Positions 20,018 to 29,821 of a DNA stretch of 62,594 bases are shown piece after piece. Position 1 is the stretch's first letter; every line of letters starts with the position of its first letter. Made by a program: the position numbers and the translations under genes. Below the pieces are notes generated by a model that had not been told where the DNA came from, searched no databases, and worked only from the letters and a program-made list of their open reading frames with translations. Source of the stretch: Limisphaerales bacterium (GTDB lineage: Bacteria; Verrucomicrobiota; Verrucomicrobiia; Limisphaerales; UBA11358); NCBI GenBank assembly GCA_025362675.1, contig JANYFN010000306.1, forward strand, positions 1 through 62,594, given 5' to 3'.

Positions 20018-23000
20018 ATGATTTTTAAAAATGTTTGGGCGGTGGTTTTGACCATCGCTTTTGTTGTCGTATCGTTTTCAAGTGATCTGCGTGCTCAGCC
20101 TTACGGGTTGGATGCCCGCCCGTCAGCCGCTCCATTTCTGGGGAATACCCTGCCAGAAGCCGCGCCCTTAGTTTCCGGAACGTGGTCATGCGTGCCCGCC
20201 TTTCCCAACCTATATTTCACGAACGCATTGGGCATCACGTTCGTGCCTGGCACCAACCGACTTTGCGTCTGGGAACGCGAAGGCCGCGTCTGGTCCTTCC
20301 AAAAAGGTTCCAATGTCACCGAAAAAAAACTGGTTTTGGACCTCCATGCCCAGTGTCAGGGTTGGGATGATTCCGGGTTGCTTGGTCTGGCCTTTCATCC
20401 GGGATTTGCGACTAACCACTACATGTTCGTTTATTTTACCTGGGTGCTTCCCGGCATGGTTACCGGCGATGCCAATACGCGGCCACCGACGTATGTGCCG
20501 GACTTCTATCATGACCGGCTTTGTCGTTACACGCTAGATGCGGACGGAGTCGCTATTCCCAACTCCGAGTTGGTGTTGATTGATCAGGCTGGCGACAGCG
20601 TTTGGCACAATGGCGGCGGTATGTTTTTTCATCCGACGAACGGTTTTTTATATTACACGGACGGTGACGACGCCGAATCGGAAAACACCCAGATCATCAC
20701 CAATAAACTTCTCTCCGGCGTGTTCCGGATTGATGTGGACCAACGCGGTGGAAACATAAGTCACCCGATCGGGAAGCAACCGAATAAAGGCACGACGGCA
20801 AACTATTACATTCCGAATGATAATCCTTTCGTGGGCGTCTCGAATGTGCTCGAAGAATTTTTCTGTATCGGCCTGCGGAGTCCACATCGCATGACGATTG
20901 ACCCGCCGACGGGCCGGATTTTCATTGGCGATGTCGGTGCCTCCGCGCGGGAGGAAGTGGACATTATTGAACCGGGCGAATCGGCCTTGAATTTCCAGTG
21001 GAGCCTCATCGAAGGGTTGCAAGGTGATTTAACGCCACCCTACATTGGCATCAACCGGCGCCCGGCCATTGACTATAATCACAGCGAAGGCTTTGCTGTC
21101 ATTGGCGGTTACGTTTATCGCGGAAGCGAACTCGCCCCCGATCTGGCGGGGAAATATATTTTTGGCGACAACGGCTCGCGCACCATCTGGGTGCTGGATG
21201 AATCCTCAACGCCCAACGGAAAAATTCCTATCTGCACGATGCCTAGAGGCGACGGACCAAACTCCGGTAACGATTACACCGGGCTATCTTCCTTTGGGGT
21301 TGATGAAAGCAACGAACTTTATTTGTGCCAGATGAGCAGCATCGGCGGGCGCATTTATAAAATATCCCGCAGCGCACCCTCGCCGCTGAAACCATTGCCA
21401 CCGACGTTATCCCAAGTTAGCGCCTTCACTAATTTCAATACGCTCACTCCGGCGAGTGGTTTTATCCCTTACAATGTCAATTCGCCACTGTGGTCCGACA
21501 ACGCAGCCAAGAGCCGTTGGATTGCCTTGCCGACTGGCAGAACTATTGGTTACGCCGCAACCGGCGAATGGACTTTTCCACCGGGCACAGTGCTCATGAA
21601 ACATTTTGAATTGCCCATCAGTGATGTGAATCCCGCCTTGCGCAAACGGCTGGAAACCCGGCTGTTCGTCTGCGACACCAATGGCGCATTTTATGGCGCT
21701 AGCTACAAATGGCGGGCGGATAATTCCGATGCCGATCTCGTCGAACTGACGACCAATGAAATCGTTTCGATTGCAACCGCCAATGGCCCGCGCACTCAAA
21801 CTTGGTCTTATCCTGGGCGTCAGGATTGTTTGCGTTGTCACACGCTTGCCGCTGGCGGCGTGCTCGGTGTGAAAGCCCGGCAACTCAACGGAAATTTTAC
21901 CTATCCGGATACTGGAGTTACGGATAATCAACTTCGCACTTGGAATCACATCGGAATGTTTAGCACGTCGCAAAGCGAAACGGCGCTCACCAACGTCGCC
22001 CGTCTCGTTTCAATTTCCGATACGACGGCAACGCTCGTAACCCGCGTCCGTTCTTACTTGGACGCCAACTGCGCCCAATGTCATCGGCCCGGCGGCGTGC
22101 CCGCCTATTTTGACGCGCGCTTTGATACGCCGCTCGCAAGCCAAGGTATTACCAACGGTGCCGCCATGAATTCGCTCAACATCGCTGGCGCAAAAATAAT
22201 TGTTCCGGGATCCACCGATCAATCGGTTCTTTATCAACGTTTGGGCGCACTTGGCCCTATTCAAATGCCGCCGCTTGCAAGAAATCTTGTGCATTCCAAT
22301 GCCCTATTGGTCATGGCCGATTGGATCAATTCCATGACCAATGTGAACGTGCCGATGATTACGAACGTGGTGCCGACGAATGTGGTGCCCGTGGTGCCGA
22401 ATGGCTTACCGGTGGGGTGGCTACAGGCGGATGTGGGATTGGTGGGCTACGCCGGGAGCGGGAATGGGAGTAACAATCAATTTAATGTGACGGGCGGGGG
22501 CGATGATATCTGGGGGACGGAAGATAGTTTTCACTATGTGTATCAAGGGCTGAACGGGGATGGGGAGATCCGGGCGCGGGTGGTGGGTTTGCAACCGACG
22601 GCGGGGTGGGCGAAGGCGGGGGTGATGATGCGGGAGAGTCTGGCCAAAGACGCGCGGCAGGCGTATACGTGCGTGACGTCGGGGAATGGGACCGGGTTCC
22701 AGCGGCGGGTGGTGACCGGGGGCTTGAGCAGTCATACCAGCGGGCCGGCGGTGCTGGCACCGTATTGGGTGCGGCTGGTGCGGAGCGGGAACTTATTTAC
22801 CGGCTACACGTCTGCGGACGGGAGTAGCTGGGTGGCGGTGGATAGCGAAGTGCTGACGTTGACCAACCAGATTTATGTCGGGCTGGCGGTGAGTGCGCAC
22901 AACAACGCGACCACGAATCTGGCGGTGTTCGACAATGTAATCTTGATCGGCGGAACTAATGTGGTGCCGCTCGCAAAAACTTCCATCAAGTCAAAGCTCG

Positions 23001-23230
23001 CAGTGGCCGTCACGCCACCCCTGCAAATCAATCCGCCAATTTTGAAAGGTCAGGATATATCATTCTCATTTAGTTCGATGAAGGGACAGGCATACGTCAT
23101 TGAAGCAACAACAAATTTGAAGTCATCCTGGCTGCCAATCTTTACCAACATGGCCACGAACGATTTATTTGATTTTGCCGCTCCCATGACAAATCACCCT
23201 CTGCGCTACTATCGTGTGAAAGCGCAGTGA
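20018..23230 (+). CDS. Secreted glucose/sorbosone-dehydrogenase-like propeller fused to an SO2930-like diheme cytochrome c, a beta-sandwich module and a C-terminal domain
   Basis: GLLGLAFHP, HNGG, GLRSPHR, GGYVYRG; VNSPLWSD...FPPGTVLMKHF; CLRCH and CAQCH heme motifs. Confidence 0.85.
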   Translation: MIFKNVWAVVLTIAFVVVSFSSDLRAQPYGLDARPSAAPFLGNTLPEAAPLVSGTWSCVPAFPNLYFTNALGITFVPGTNRLCVWEREGRVWSFQKGSNVTEKKLVLDLHAQCQGWDDSGLLGLAFHPGFATNHYMFVYFTWVLPGMVTGDANTRPPTYVPDFYHDRLCRYTLDADGVAIPNSELVLIDQAGDSVWHNGGGMFFHPTNGFLYYTDGDDAESENTQIITNKLLSGVFRIDVDQRGGNISHPIGKQPNKGTTANYYIPNDNPFVGVSNVLEEFFCIGLRSPHRMTIDPPTGRIFIGDVGASAREEVDIIEPGESALNFQWSLIEGLQGDLTPPYIGINRRPAIDYNHSEGFAVIGGYVYRGSELAPDLAGKYIFGDNGSRTIWVLDESSTPNGKIPICTMPRGDGPNSGNDYTGLSSFGVDESNELYLCQMSSIGGRIYKISRSAPSPLKPLPPTLSQVSAFTNFNTLTPASGFIPYNVNSPLWSDNAAKSRWIALPTGRTIGYAATGEWTFPPGTVLMKHFELPISDVNPALRKRLETRLFVCDTNGAFYGASYKWRADNSDADLVELTTNEIVSIATANGPRTQTWSYPGRQDCLRCHTLAAGGVLGVKARQLNGNFTYPDTGVTDNQLRTWNHIGMFSTSQSETALTNVARLVSISDTTATLVTRVRSYLDANCAQCHRPGGVPAYFDARFDTPLASQGITNGAAMNSLNIAGAKIIVPGSTDQSVLYQRLGALGPIQMPPLARNLVHSNALLVMADWINSMTNVNVPMITNVVPTNVVPVVPNGLPVGWLQADVGLVGYAGSGNGSNNQFNVTGGGDDIWGTEDSFHYVYQGLNGDGEIRARVVGLQPTAGWAKAGVMMRESLAKDARQAYTCVTSGNGTGFQRRVVTGGLSSHTSGPAVLAPYWVRLVRSGNLFTGYTSADGSSWVAVDSEVLTLTNQIYVGLAVSAHNNATTNLAVFDNVILIGGTNVVPLAKTSIKSKLAVAVTPPLQINPPILKGQDISFSFSSMKGQAYVIEATTNLKSSWLPIFTNMATNDLFDFAAPMTNHPLRYYRVKAQ

Positions 23231-23395
23231 GATTTTTTGATCGCAATGATTTCACTTCGCGCAAAAATGACTTTGTCATTTTATGAACTAAGCTGGTGTG
23301 CTCGGCGCACTGTCACTTCTACGTCTAATCGTTCACCAAGTCGCAATCCTCGCAGATCGTCTCGCCCATCGCAGCCTTGATGTCTATGCGCAATC

Positions 23396-23785
23396 ATGGC
23401 GTTGCACCAGCGGCGGCCACCGGACTTGGCCTGGTGCATCACTCGGATCGTGGCAGCCAATACGCCAGCGAAGCCTACCGGCAACGGCTGGCACGAGTAG
23501 GCCTCGTTCCCAGCATGTGTCGCCGGGGCAACTGCCATGACAACGCCGCCATGGAAAGCTTCTGGAGCAGTCTTGAACGCGAGCTGGTGCATCGTTGCCA
23601 ATTCGGCACGCGGGCGGAAGCCAAGGCTACCATCTTTGAATGAATTGAAGTCTTTTACAACCGCGAGCGGCTCCACAGTGCCCTCGGTTTTCATTCACCG
23701 GTGGACTTTGAAACCAACCTCAACTAATAATACCCATGCCTGATGCAGGCACACACTTCCCGGCCCCACAATCGGGGCAAGGTCA
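23396..23785 (+). mobile_element. IS3-family remnant (3' end of transposase OrfB plus right terminal repeat)
   Basis: HHSDRGSQY, GNCHDNAAMESFWSSLERE, internal TGA at 23641, IEVFYNRERLHSALG; end ...atcggggcaaggtCA at 23785. Confidence 0.9.
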
Positions 23786-24007
23786 AATTGTTTTGTTGCC
23801 TCCAAATTCATTAAACAAGTTTTCGATTGCTTTCCGAACCTGCTTTTCGGCTTTTCAGTATTGACCAAGGTGATCTACCAACCAAATATCTGCTTTGCAG
23901 CCGCCGCAAACAACAACGTCCTAATGCCTCACTTGCCGCATGAAAATACGCGCATTGAAATTACAACGAGAACATTTGATATGGATTCGATGGCGGTCGA
24001 GATTCAT
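23786..24007 (-). pseudogene. Small zinc-ribbon protein pseudogene truncated at the IS3 end
   Basis: Manual translation MNLDRHRIHIKCSRCNFNARIFMRQVRH*DVVVCGGCKADIWLVDHLGQY*KAEKQVRKAIENLFNEFGGNKTI; two in-frame stops. Confidence 0.6.
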
Positions 24008-24012
24008 TTATT

Positions 24013-24891
24013 TCAATATAACCAATTCCCAATCTTCCCCTCCGCATCCAGCGTCACACCCTGACGCCGATACGCCCAGCACATGTAGCTGATGCTCACG
24101 AAATACGACGCCGGCACCCGGTTCGCCGCGCAAATTTTTACACCCAGCAACGTCGTCTTGCCGCCAAAACCCATCGGGCCGATGCCGAGTTCGTTCGCGG
24201 TCTTCAAGATGTCCTGCTCCAGCGCGTCGAGTTTCGGTTCGGGATTTCGGTCGTCCAGCAGGCGCAGCAGTTGGGTCTTGGAAAGTTCGTAACCCGTCGC
24301 GCGGTCGCCGCCGATGCACACGCCAAGCACGCCGGGGCCGCAGCCTTTGCCTTGCGCCTGCAACACCGCGTCGAGAATCGCCTTGCGGCAGCCGTCGAGG
24401 TCGCGGTTCGCGTGGAGGGCGTCGTCCGGCAGCGAGTATTGCGCGCCGACGTTTTCGCAGCCGCCGCCTTTGAGCACGAGCTTCACGCAAATTTCCGCCG
24501 AGCTATGCTGATGAAAATGAAACGCCGGTGCGCCGGGACCGACATTCGTGCCGTCGTTTTTTCCGGTCAGCGAATCCACGGAATTCTGGCGGAGATAACC
24601 TTTCTTGGTCGCCAAAGTCACGGCCTCGCGCGCAGTCTCGGCGAACGTAATTTGATCAAATCCAATCGGGCAATCCACGTAAAACAAAATGCTGCCGGTG
24701 TCCTGGCAGATGGGCTGCGATTTGTTTTTCGCGAGCGCGATGTTCTGATCTATGATCTTGAAGGCGTTGGCGGCGAGGGAATTTTTCTTCTCATTTTCCA
24801 GCGACGCGAGAATGGCACGATGCACGTCGTCGGGAATTTCGGCGGACGTGCGGCGGATGAGTTCGACGAGTGAATCTTGGAGTAGGCTCAT
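24013..24891 (-). CDS. Class I fumarate hydratase / L-tartrate dehydratase alpha subunit
   Basis: PICQDTG, KGGGCEN, GCGPGVLGVCIGG, LGIGPMGFGG, CWAYR. Confidence 0.92.
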   Translation of the reverse strand: MSLLQDSLVELIRRTSAEIPDDVHRAILASLENEKKNSLAANAFKIIDQNIALAKNKSQPICQDTGSILFYVDCPIGFDQITFAETAREAVTLATKKGYLRQNSVDSLTGKNDGTNVGPGAPAFHFHQHSSAEICVKLVLKGGGCENVGAQYSLPDDALHANRDLDGCRKAILDAVLQAQGKGCGPGVLGVCIGGDRATGYELSKTQLLRLLDDRNPEPKLDALEQDILKTANELGIGPMGFGGKTTLLGVKICAANRVPASYFVSISYMCWAYRRQGVTLDAEGKIGNWLY

Positions 24892-24940
24892 ATTGTTGGT
24901 AAATCGTAAGGCGTCACGGCGAAAGCGTCAATTGCGCGCA

Positions 24941-25000
24941 TTGGAGTCCAAGCTTCAGTTGGTGCTTAAAACCCGACGCAAGCTAAAGCTTGAACTCCAG
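24941..25000. repeat. REP-like inverted doublet, family A copy 2
   Basis: ttggagtccaagcttcagttgg and caagctaaagcttgaactccag; same family as 6156-6226. Confidence 0.8.
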
Positions 25001-25086
25001 CGGCGGAGGACTTTCACGCGGTTAAAAAATCTTTTCAAAACTTCTGCTCGACAAAAAATTTCCGGCGGTTTCAAATCAGTTGCAGT

Positions 25087-26223
25087 ATGGCCAAAACACA
25101 AAAAATTAAGCGTATCGGTATTCTCACGGCAGGCGGCGACAGTCCCGGCCTCAACGCGGCCATTCGCGGCGTGGGCAAAACTTGCCTGGCTCATTACGGC
25201 ATGGAGATCATCGGCTTTCGCGATGGTTTTCGTGGCCTCGTGGAAAACCGCCGGCTCAAGCTGGATCGCTCCACGCTCGCCGGCATTCTCACCGTCGGCG
25301 GCACCATTCTCGGCACCAGTCGCGACAAGCCGCATCGCATGGTCATCAATGGTCGCACGCAGGACATGACCAAGACCATCGTCGAGAATTATCACAAGTG
25401 GGGACTGGATTGTCTCGTGTGCCTCGGCGGCGGCGGCACGCAAAAAAATGCGTTGCGACTGCACCAGGCCGGTCTAAATGTCATCACGCTGCCCAAGACA
25501 ATTGACAACGATGTAGCGATGACGGATGCAACTTTCGGCTTCGCGACGGCCATGGATATCGCGACTGAAACGATTGACCGCCTGCACAGCACGGCGCACA
25601 GTCATCATCGCATCATCGTCGCGGAAATCATGGGCCATCGCGCGGGCTGGCTCACGCTCGGCGCGGGCATCGCGGGCGGCGCGGATGTGATTCTCATTCC
25701 TGAAATTCCTTACGACGTGGAAAAAATTTCGGCGGCGATCAAGCTGCGCAGCAAGCATGGAACGAATTTCAGCATCGTCGCCGTGGCGGAAGGGGCGATG
25801 AGCCGGGACGATGCCCGCGCGATGCAAGCCGCCGAAAAAAAACTGGAACGCGCGAAAAATTTGCACGACAAAAAAGAAGCCAAAGGCGAAATCGCTTCAC
25901 TAGAAGTGCGACATCAGGGCAACACCATGCGGCTCGCGAAACAATTGGAAGAACTGACGCATCTTGAATCACGCGTGACGATTCTCGGCTACGTTCAACG
26001 CGGCGGCACGCCCAGTGCGGCGGATCGTCTGCTGGCCACGCGCCTCGGCAGCGCGGCGGCAGACCTGATCGCGGAAGGTGTATTCGGCGTCATGGTGGCA
26101 GCGCGCGGTGACGGCACCGAACCGGTGCCTCTGGAAAAAGTTGCCGGCAAACGCAAGGCCGTTCCCCTCGACCATGCGTGGCTGGCGACCGCGCGTCGCG
26201 TCGGAACTTGCCTGGGAGATTAA
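25087..26223 (+). CDS. pfkA: 6-phosphofructokinase
   Basis: [40 protein letters not shown]. Confidence 0.93.
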   Translation: MAKTQKIKRIGILTAGGDSPGLNAAIRGVGKTCLAHYGMEIIGFRDGFRGLVENRRLKLDRSTLAGILTVGGTILGTSRDKPHRMVINGRTQDMTKTIVENYHKWGLDCLVCLGGGGTQKNALRLHQAGLNVITLPKTIDNDVAMTDATFGFATAMDIATETIDRLHSTAHSHHRIIVAEIMGHRAGWLTLGAGIAGGADVILIPEIPYDVEKISAAIKLRSKHGTNFSIVAVAEGAMSRDDARAMQAAEKKLERAKNLHDKKEAKGEIASLEVRHQGNTMRLAKQLEELTHLESRVTILGYVQRGGTPSAADRLLATRLGSAAADLIAEGVFGVMVAARGDGTEPVPLEKVAGKRKAVPLDHAWLATARRVGTCLGD

Positions 26224-26296
26224 CGCTTTAAAACTTCCCATTCAGCTGCGAATGCTTTTGCCAATACGCCTAAAATTTGGCATACAAATGCACCCG

Positions 26297-27787
26297 ATGA
26301 AAAAACTGATTCTCATCTCCATGCTGTCGGTCGCGACCCTCGCCGCGCGCGCCGCCTTGCCGCAACCTGATCTCATCGCGCAAATCCATTTTGCCGGCGG
26401 CAGCACTATCTCCGCCGCTAAAAATTATTCTGCGCTCGCGAATGAATTTTCATCCGCCGAAGCCAAAGTTTTGCGCGCCCAGACGGCGGACAAACTTGCA
26501 AAATTTTTCCACACATGGTTCACGCAAAACTCCGGGGCCACCGTTGTTGGCGGGGCGGCGACGCTGCGCCCGCTACTTGAGGAATTGCAGAATAACGAGT
26601 GGTATCTCGATTCCCGCAATGTCAGCGGGACGGCAGAGACCGCCCTGGCGATAAAAACCAGCGATACGGGCGCACAAGCCTGGCAGTCAGGACTCAGACC
26701 GTATTTTCACAACGCGAACTTCGAGCGCGTTAACGGCTGGCTGATCTTCCGGACAAGCGCGAATGCCCCCAAAATCTCCGGCAACATTCCCGCCCTCAAT
26801 GACGCTTGGCTCGCACTGGATTTGAACTGGCCGGCGCTCGGAAAATTTTTCCCAGCCGTGCGCGAACTCGATTTGCCGGAAACCAAATTCTCGGTAATGA
26901 CAACCGCGACGGATTTCAAAATAGACGGCAAATTTTTGTTTCCCGCGAACCTCACCGCGTCACTCGAACCTTGGCGCGTGCCGACGAATACGCTCCACCA
27001 GCCGTTCGTCAGCTTCACCGCCGTGCGCGGGATTTCCAAGTGGCTGGATTCGCAACCGTGGATGGCTGACTATCGCTTGAATCCCACACCCAATCAGCTT
27101 TTTGTCTGGGCGCTGCCGAACCTCGGGTTTCAAACATTCGCGGCCATTCCCCGACCCGATTCTGCGGATGCCTTGCGGCAGGCTTCGGCGAGATTAAGCG
27201 CGGTTCTCGACCAAGCCAAAACCAGCAACGAACTACAATTCCCGCTGACATTGGAACAGACGAACCAGCAGACGACCCTCATTGGGCTGCCTTTCATAGC
27301 CCCTTATTTACAGGCGATAAATAGTTCAGCCGGGCAGTTTCTGCTCGCTGGCGCTTTTCCGAATTCGCCAAAAAGCAAACCGTTGCCGCCGGACTTGTTC
27401 ACGCGACTCGGCCAAAAAAACATTGTTTTCTATCATTGGGAAATCACCGCCGAGCGCGTGCCAACATTGCTCCAGTTATCGCAGTTCACGCTCATGGTTT
27501 CATGGCATAAACAACTTGAGGAGAATTCCGCTGCGCTAAAATGGATCCAATCCATCGGTGGCAAACTCGGCAATACCGTGACGGAAGTGTTCCAAACCGG
27601 AGCGGATGAAATGACCTTTACTCGCAAGGCTCCGGGCGCATTCACCGCCGTCGAATTGTTCGCACTTGCCAATTGGTTGGAGGCCGATAATTTTCCCGGC
27701 TGCGATTTAAAAATGCCGCCGCGCACCAATAAATTCAAAAAGAAAAAGTCTCCGGTGCCTGCGCTAGCCCCTTCAGCAGGACAATAA
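26297..27787 (+). CDS. Hypothetical exported protein
   Basis: Signal peptide MKKLILISMLSVATLAARA; long ORF ending 3 nt before pdxJ. Confidence 0.75.
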   Translation: MKKLILISMLSVATLAARAALPQPDLIAQIHFAGGSTISAAKNYSALANEFSSAEAKVLRAQTADKLAKFFHTWFTQNSGATVVGGAATLRPLLEELQNNEWYLDSRNVSGTAETALAIKTSDTGAQAWQSGLRPYFHNANFERVNGWLIFRTSANAPKISGNIPALNDAWLALDLNWPALGKFFPAVRELDLPETKFSVMTTATDFKIDGKFLFPANLTASLEPWRVPTNTLHQPFVSFTAVRGISKWLDSQPWMADYRLNPTPNQLFVWALPNLGFQTFAAIPRPDSADALRQASARLSAVLDQAKTSNELQFPLTLEQTNQQTTLIGLPFIAPYLQAINSSAGQFLLAGAFPNSPKSKPLPPDLFTRLGQKNIVFYHWEITAERVPTLLQLSQFTLMVSWHKQLEENSAALKWIQSIGGKLGNTVTEVFQTGADEMTFTRKAPGAFTAVELFALANWLEADNFPGCDLKMPPRTNKFKKKKSPVPALAPSAGQ

Positions 27788-27790
27788 CCC

Positions 27791-28531
27791 ATGCTTAAAC
27801 TAGGCGTTAACATTGATCACGTTGCCACGTTGCGCGAGGCGCGGTATCGTGGGCGGGCGCACGGCGAGCCGTGTCCCATTGAGGCCGCGCTCGTGAGCGA
27901 GGCGGCGGGCGCACACGGTATCACCGCGCATCTGCGCGAAGACCGGCGGCATATTCAGGACAAAGATATTTTTGCGTTGCGCGAAAAAATCTCCACACGA
28001 CTCAATCTCGAAATGGCGAACGCGCCGGAAATTATTGCCATCGCGCTCAAGGTGAAACCGCACATCGTCTGCATCGTTCCTGAACGTCGGCAGGAAGTGA
28101 CGACCGAAGGCGGATTGGATGTGCTCGCGGCTGAAAAATCCTTGACGGCGACGCGCAAAAAAATGAACGCGGCGGGGATCGAAGTGAGTTTATTTATCGC
28201 GCCGGACACGGAGCAAATCGCCGCCAGCGCGCGCGTCGGGGCGCAGTTCATCGAGCTACATACCGGCAAATTTGCGGAGGTTTTTTCGGATGCAAAAAAG
28301 CGGAAGGCTGAATTGAAGCGCCTCGTTGATGGCGCCAACCACGCACACGCGCTTGGCTTGCGCGTTAATGCGGGACATGGATTGAACTGCAACAACTTGT
28401 CCGCGTTGTTTGCCGTGCCGCATCTGGAAGAATTAAACATCGGCCACAGCCTCGTGAGCCGTGCCGTGTTTATTGGAATGAAAACCGCCGTGAAAGAAAT
28501 GCTCGCGCTGATGAAAAAATATCGCAGCTAG
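27791..28531 (+). CDS. pdxJ: Pyridoxine 5'-phosphate synthase
   Basis: LGVNIDHVATLR, HLREDRRHI, TTEGGLD, NAGHGL, ELNIGH. Confidence 0.97.
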   Translation: MLKLGVNIDHVATLREARYRGRAHGEPCPIEAALVSEAAGAHGITAHLREDRRHIQDKDIFALREKISTRLNLEMANAPEIIAIALKVKPHIVCIVPERRQEVTTEGGLDVLAAEKSLTATRKKMNAAGIEVSLFIAPDTEQIAASARVGAQFIELHTGKFAEVFSDAKKRKAELKRLVDGANHAHALGLRVNAGHGLNCNNLSALFAVPHLEELNIGHSLVSRAVFIGMKTAVKEMLALMKKYRS

Positions 28532-28563
28532 TTGTGGCACCGGCGGCTCGCCTGTGCCACTAC
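28531..28563. terminator. Hairpin (terminator or REP-like) between convergent pdxJ and rlmN
   Basis: gttgtggcac-cggcggctcgcct-gtgccactac; no U-run. Confidence 0.45.
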
Positions 28564-29711
28564 GCCTGCGCCATTTCCCGCTCGGTTTTCAAACGTAACT
28601 GCCCGCACGCGGCGTCAATGTCATGTCCCTTTTCGCGGCGTAACGTGGCGGTGACATTTTGTTTTTCCAGTGCGGCGAGAAAGCCTTCGCACACTTCCTC
28701 GCTGGGACGTTGCCACGGCAAACCCTCGACTTTGTTATACGGAATCAGATTCACCTTCGCGTAAAGTTTATGCGCGAGCATGGCAAGCGGGAGGATTTGC
28801 GCGAGCGAATCGTTGATGCCCGCGATCAAAATATATTCCAGCGTGATCATCCGGCCTTTTAGTTCTTGATAGTTTTCACACGCGGCGGTGAGTTCGGACA
28901 ACGGATACTTTTTGTTCACGGGCATGATGCGATTACGAACTTCGTCGGTCGCGCCGTGCAGCGAAATCGCGAGGCGGAATTGAAAAGGCTCATTCGCCAA
29001 CCGACGAATCTGCGGGGCGAGGCCGCTGGTGGAGATCGTGATTTTTCGCGCACCGATTCCTCCGCCCCAGGGCGCGTTGAGAATTTTTAACGCCTTCATC
29101 AAATTCTCATAATTCGCGAGTGGTTCGCCCATGCCCATGACAACGATGTTGTTGACGATGCGGTCAGTCGTTGAAGGTGGCTGGTTGGAAGTTGCCGGTT
29201 CAGCGCCACTCGTCTGGCAGTTTGCAATTTGTAATTTGCTACTTTCCGCCGCGTGCCACCGTTCCGTCGCCAAAATCTGCTCCACGATTTCGTGCACACC
29301 GAGATTGCGTTTGAAGCCGTCGAGACCGCTGGCGCAAAATTTGCAGCCGTAAGCACAACCGACCTGCGTGGAGATACAGAGCGTATGGCGATCGCTGGCC
29401 TCGCCGTAGAGCGCAGGATTGGCGGGGATCAAAACGCTTTCGATGAACGCGCCATCGGAAAGTTGCCAGAGAAATTTCTGCGTGGTGTCGGTGGAGCCTT
29501 GTTTGCGGGCGAGTGTGTGGGCGTGGAGAGAAAAATTCGCACTAAGCTTTTCGCGCAGAGCTTTTGGCAAGTTCGTCATGGCGCTCCAACTCGTCGCGCG
29601 GCGGACATAGAGCCAGTCAAGCAACTGCGCAATGCGATAGGCGGGTTCGCCGAAGGCACGGAATTGTTCTTCCAGTTCTTCGCGTAAAAATGATTTGATA
29701 TCCGGCAGCAC
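28560..29711 (-). CDS. rlmN: 23S rRNA/tRNA C2-methyladenosine radical SAM methyltransferase
   Basis: CISTQVGCAYGCKFC, MGMGEP, SLHG, IDAACGQL; GTG 29711 chosen as start. Confidence 0.96.
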   Translation of the reverse strand: MLPDIKSFLREELEEQFRAFGEPAYRIAQLLDWLYVRRATSWSAMTNLPKALREKLSANFSLHAHTLARKQGSTDTTQKFLWQLSDGAFIESVLIPANPALYGEASDRHTLCISTQVGCAYGCKFCASGLDGFKRNLGVHEIVEQILATERWHAAESSKLQIANCQTSGAEPATSNQPPSTTDRIVNNIVVMGMGEPLANYENLMKALKILNAPWGGGIGARKITISTSGLAPQIRRLANEPFQFRLAISLHGATDEVRNRIMPVNKKYPLSELTAACENYQELKGRMITLEYILIAGINDSLAQILPLAMLAHKLYAKVNLIPYNKVEGLPWQRPSEEVCEGFLAALEKQNVTATLRREKGHDIDAACGQLRLKTEREMAQA

Positions 29712-29821
29712 GGGCGAAGCATAGCAAGTTTTTTGGAATAAAAAAGTTTTTGGTGCGGCAAAGAATTGGGGCCAACCGCAATCAACGTGACAGGCCAATC
29801 GAAATGCCTTTTAATCATGGT

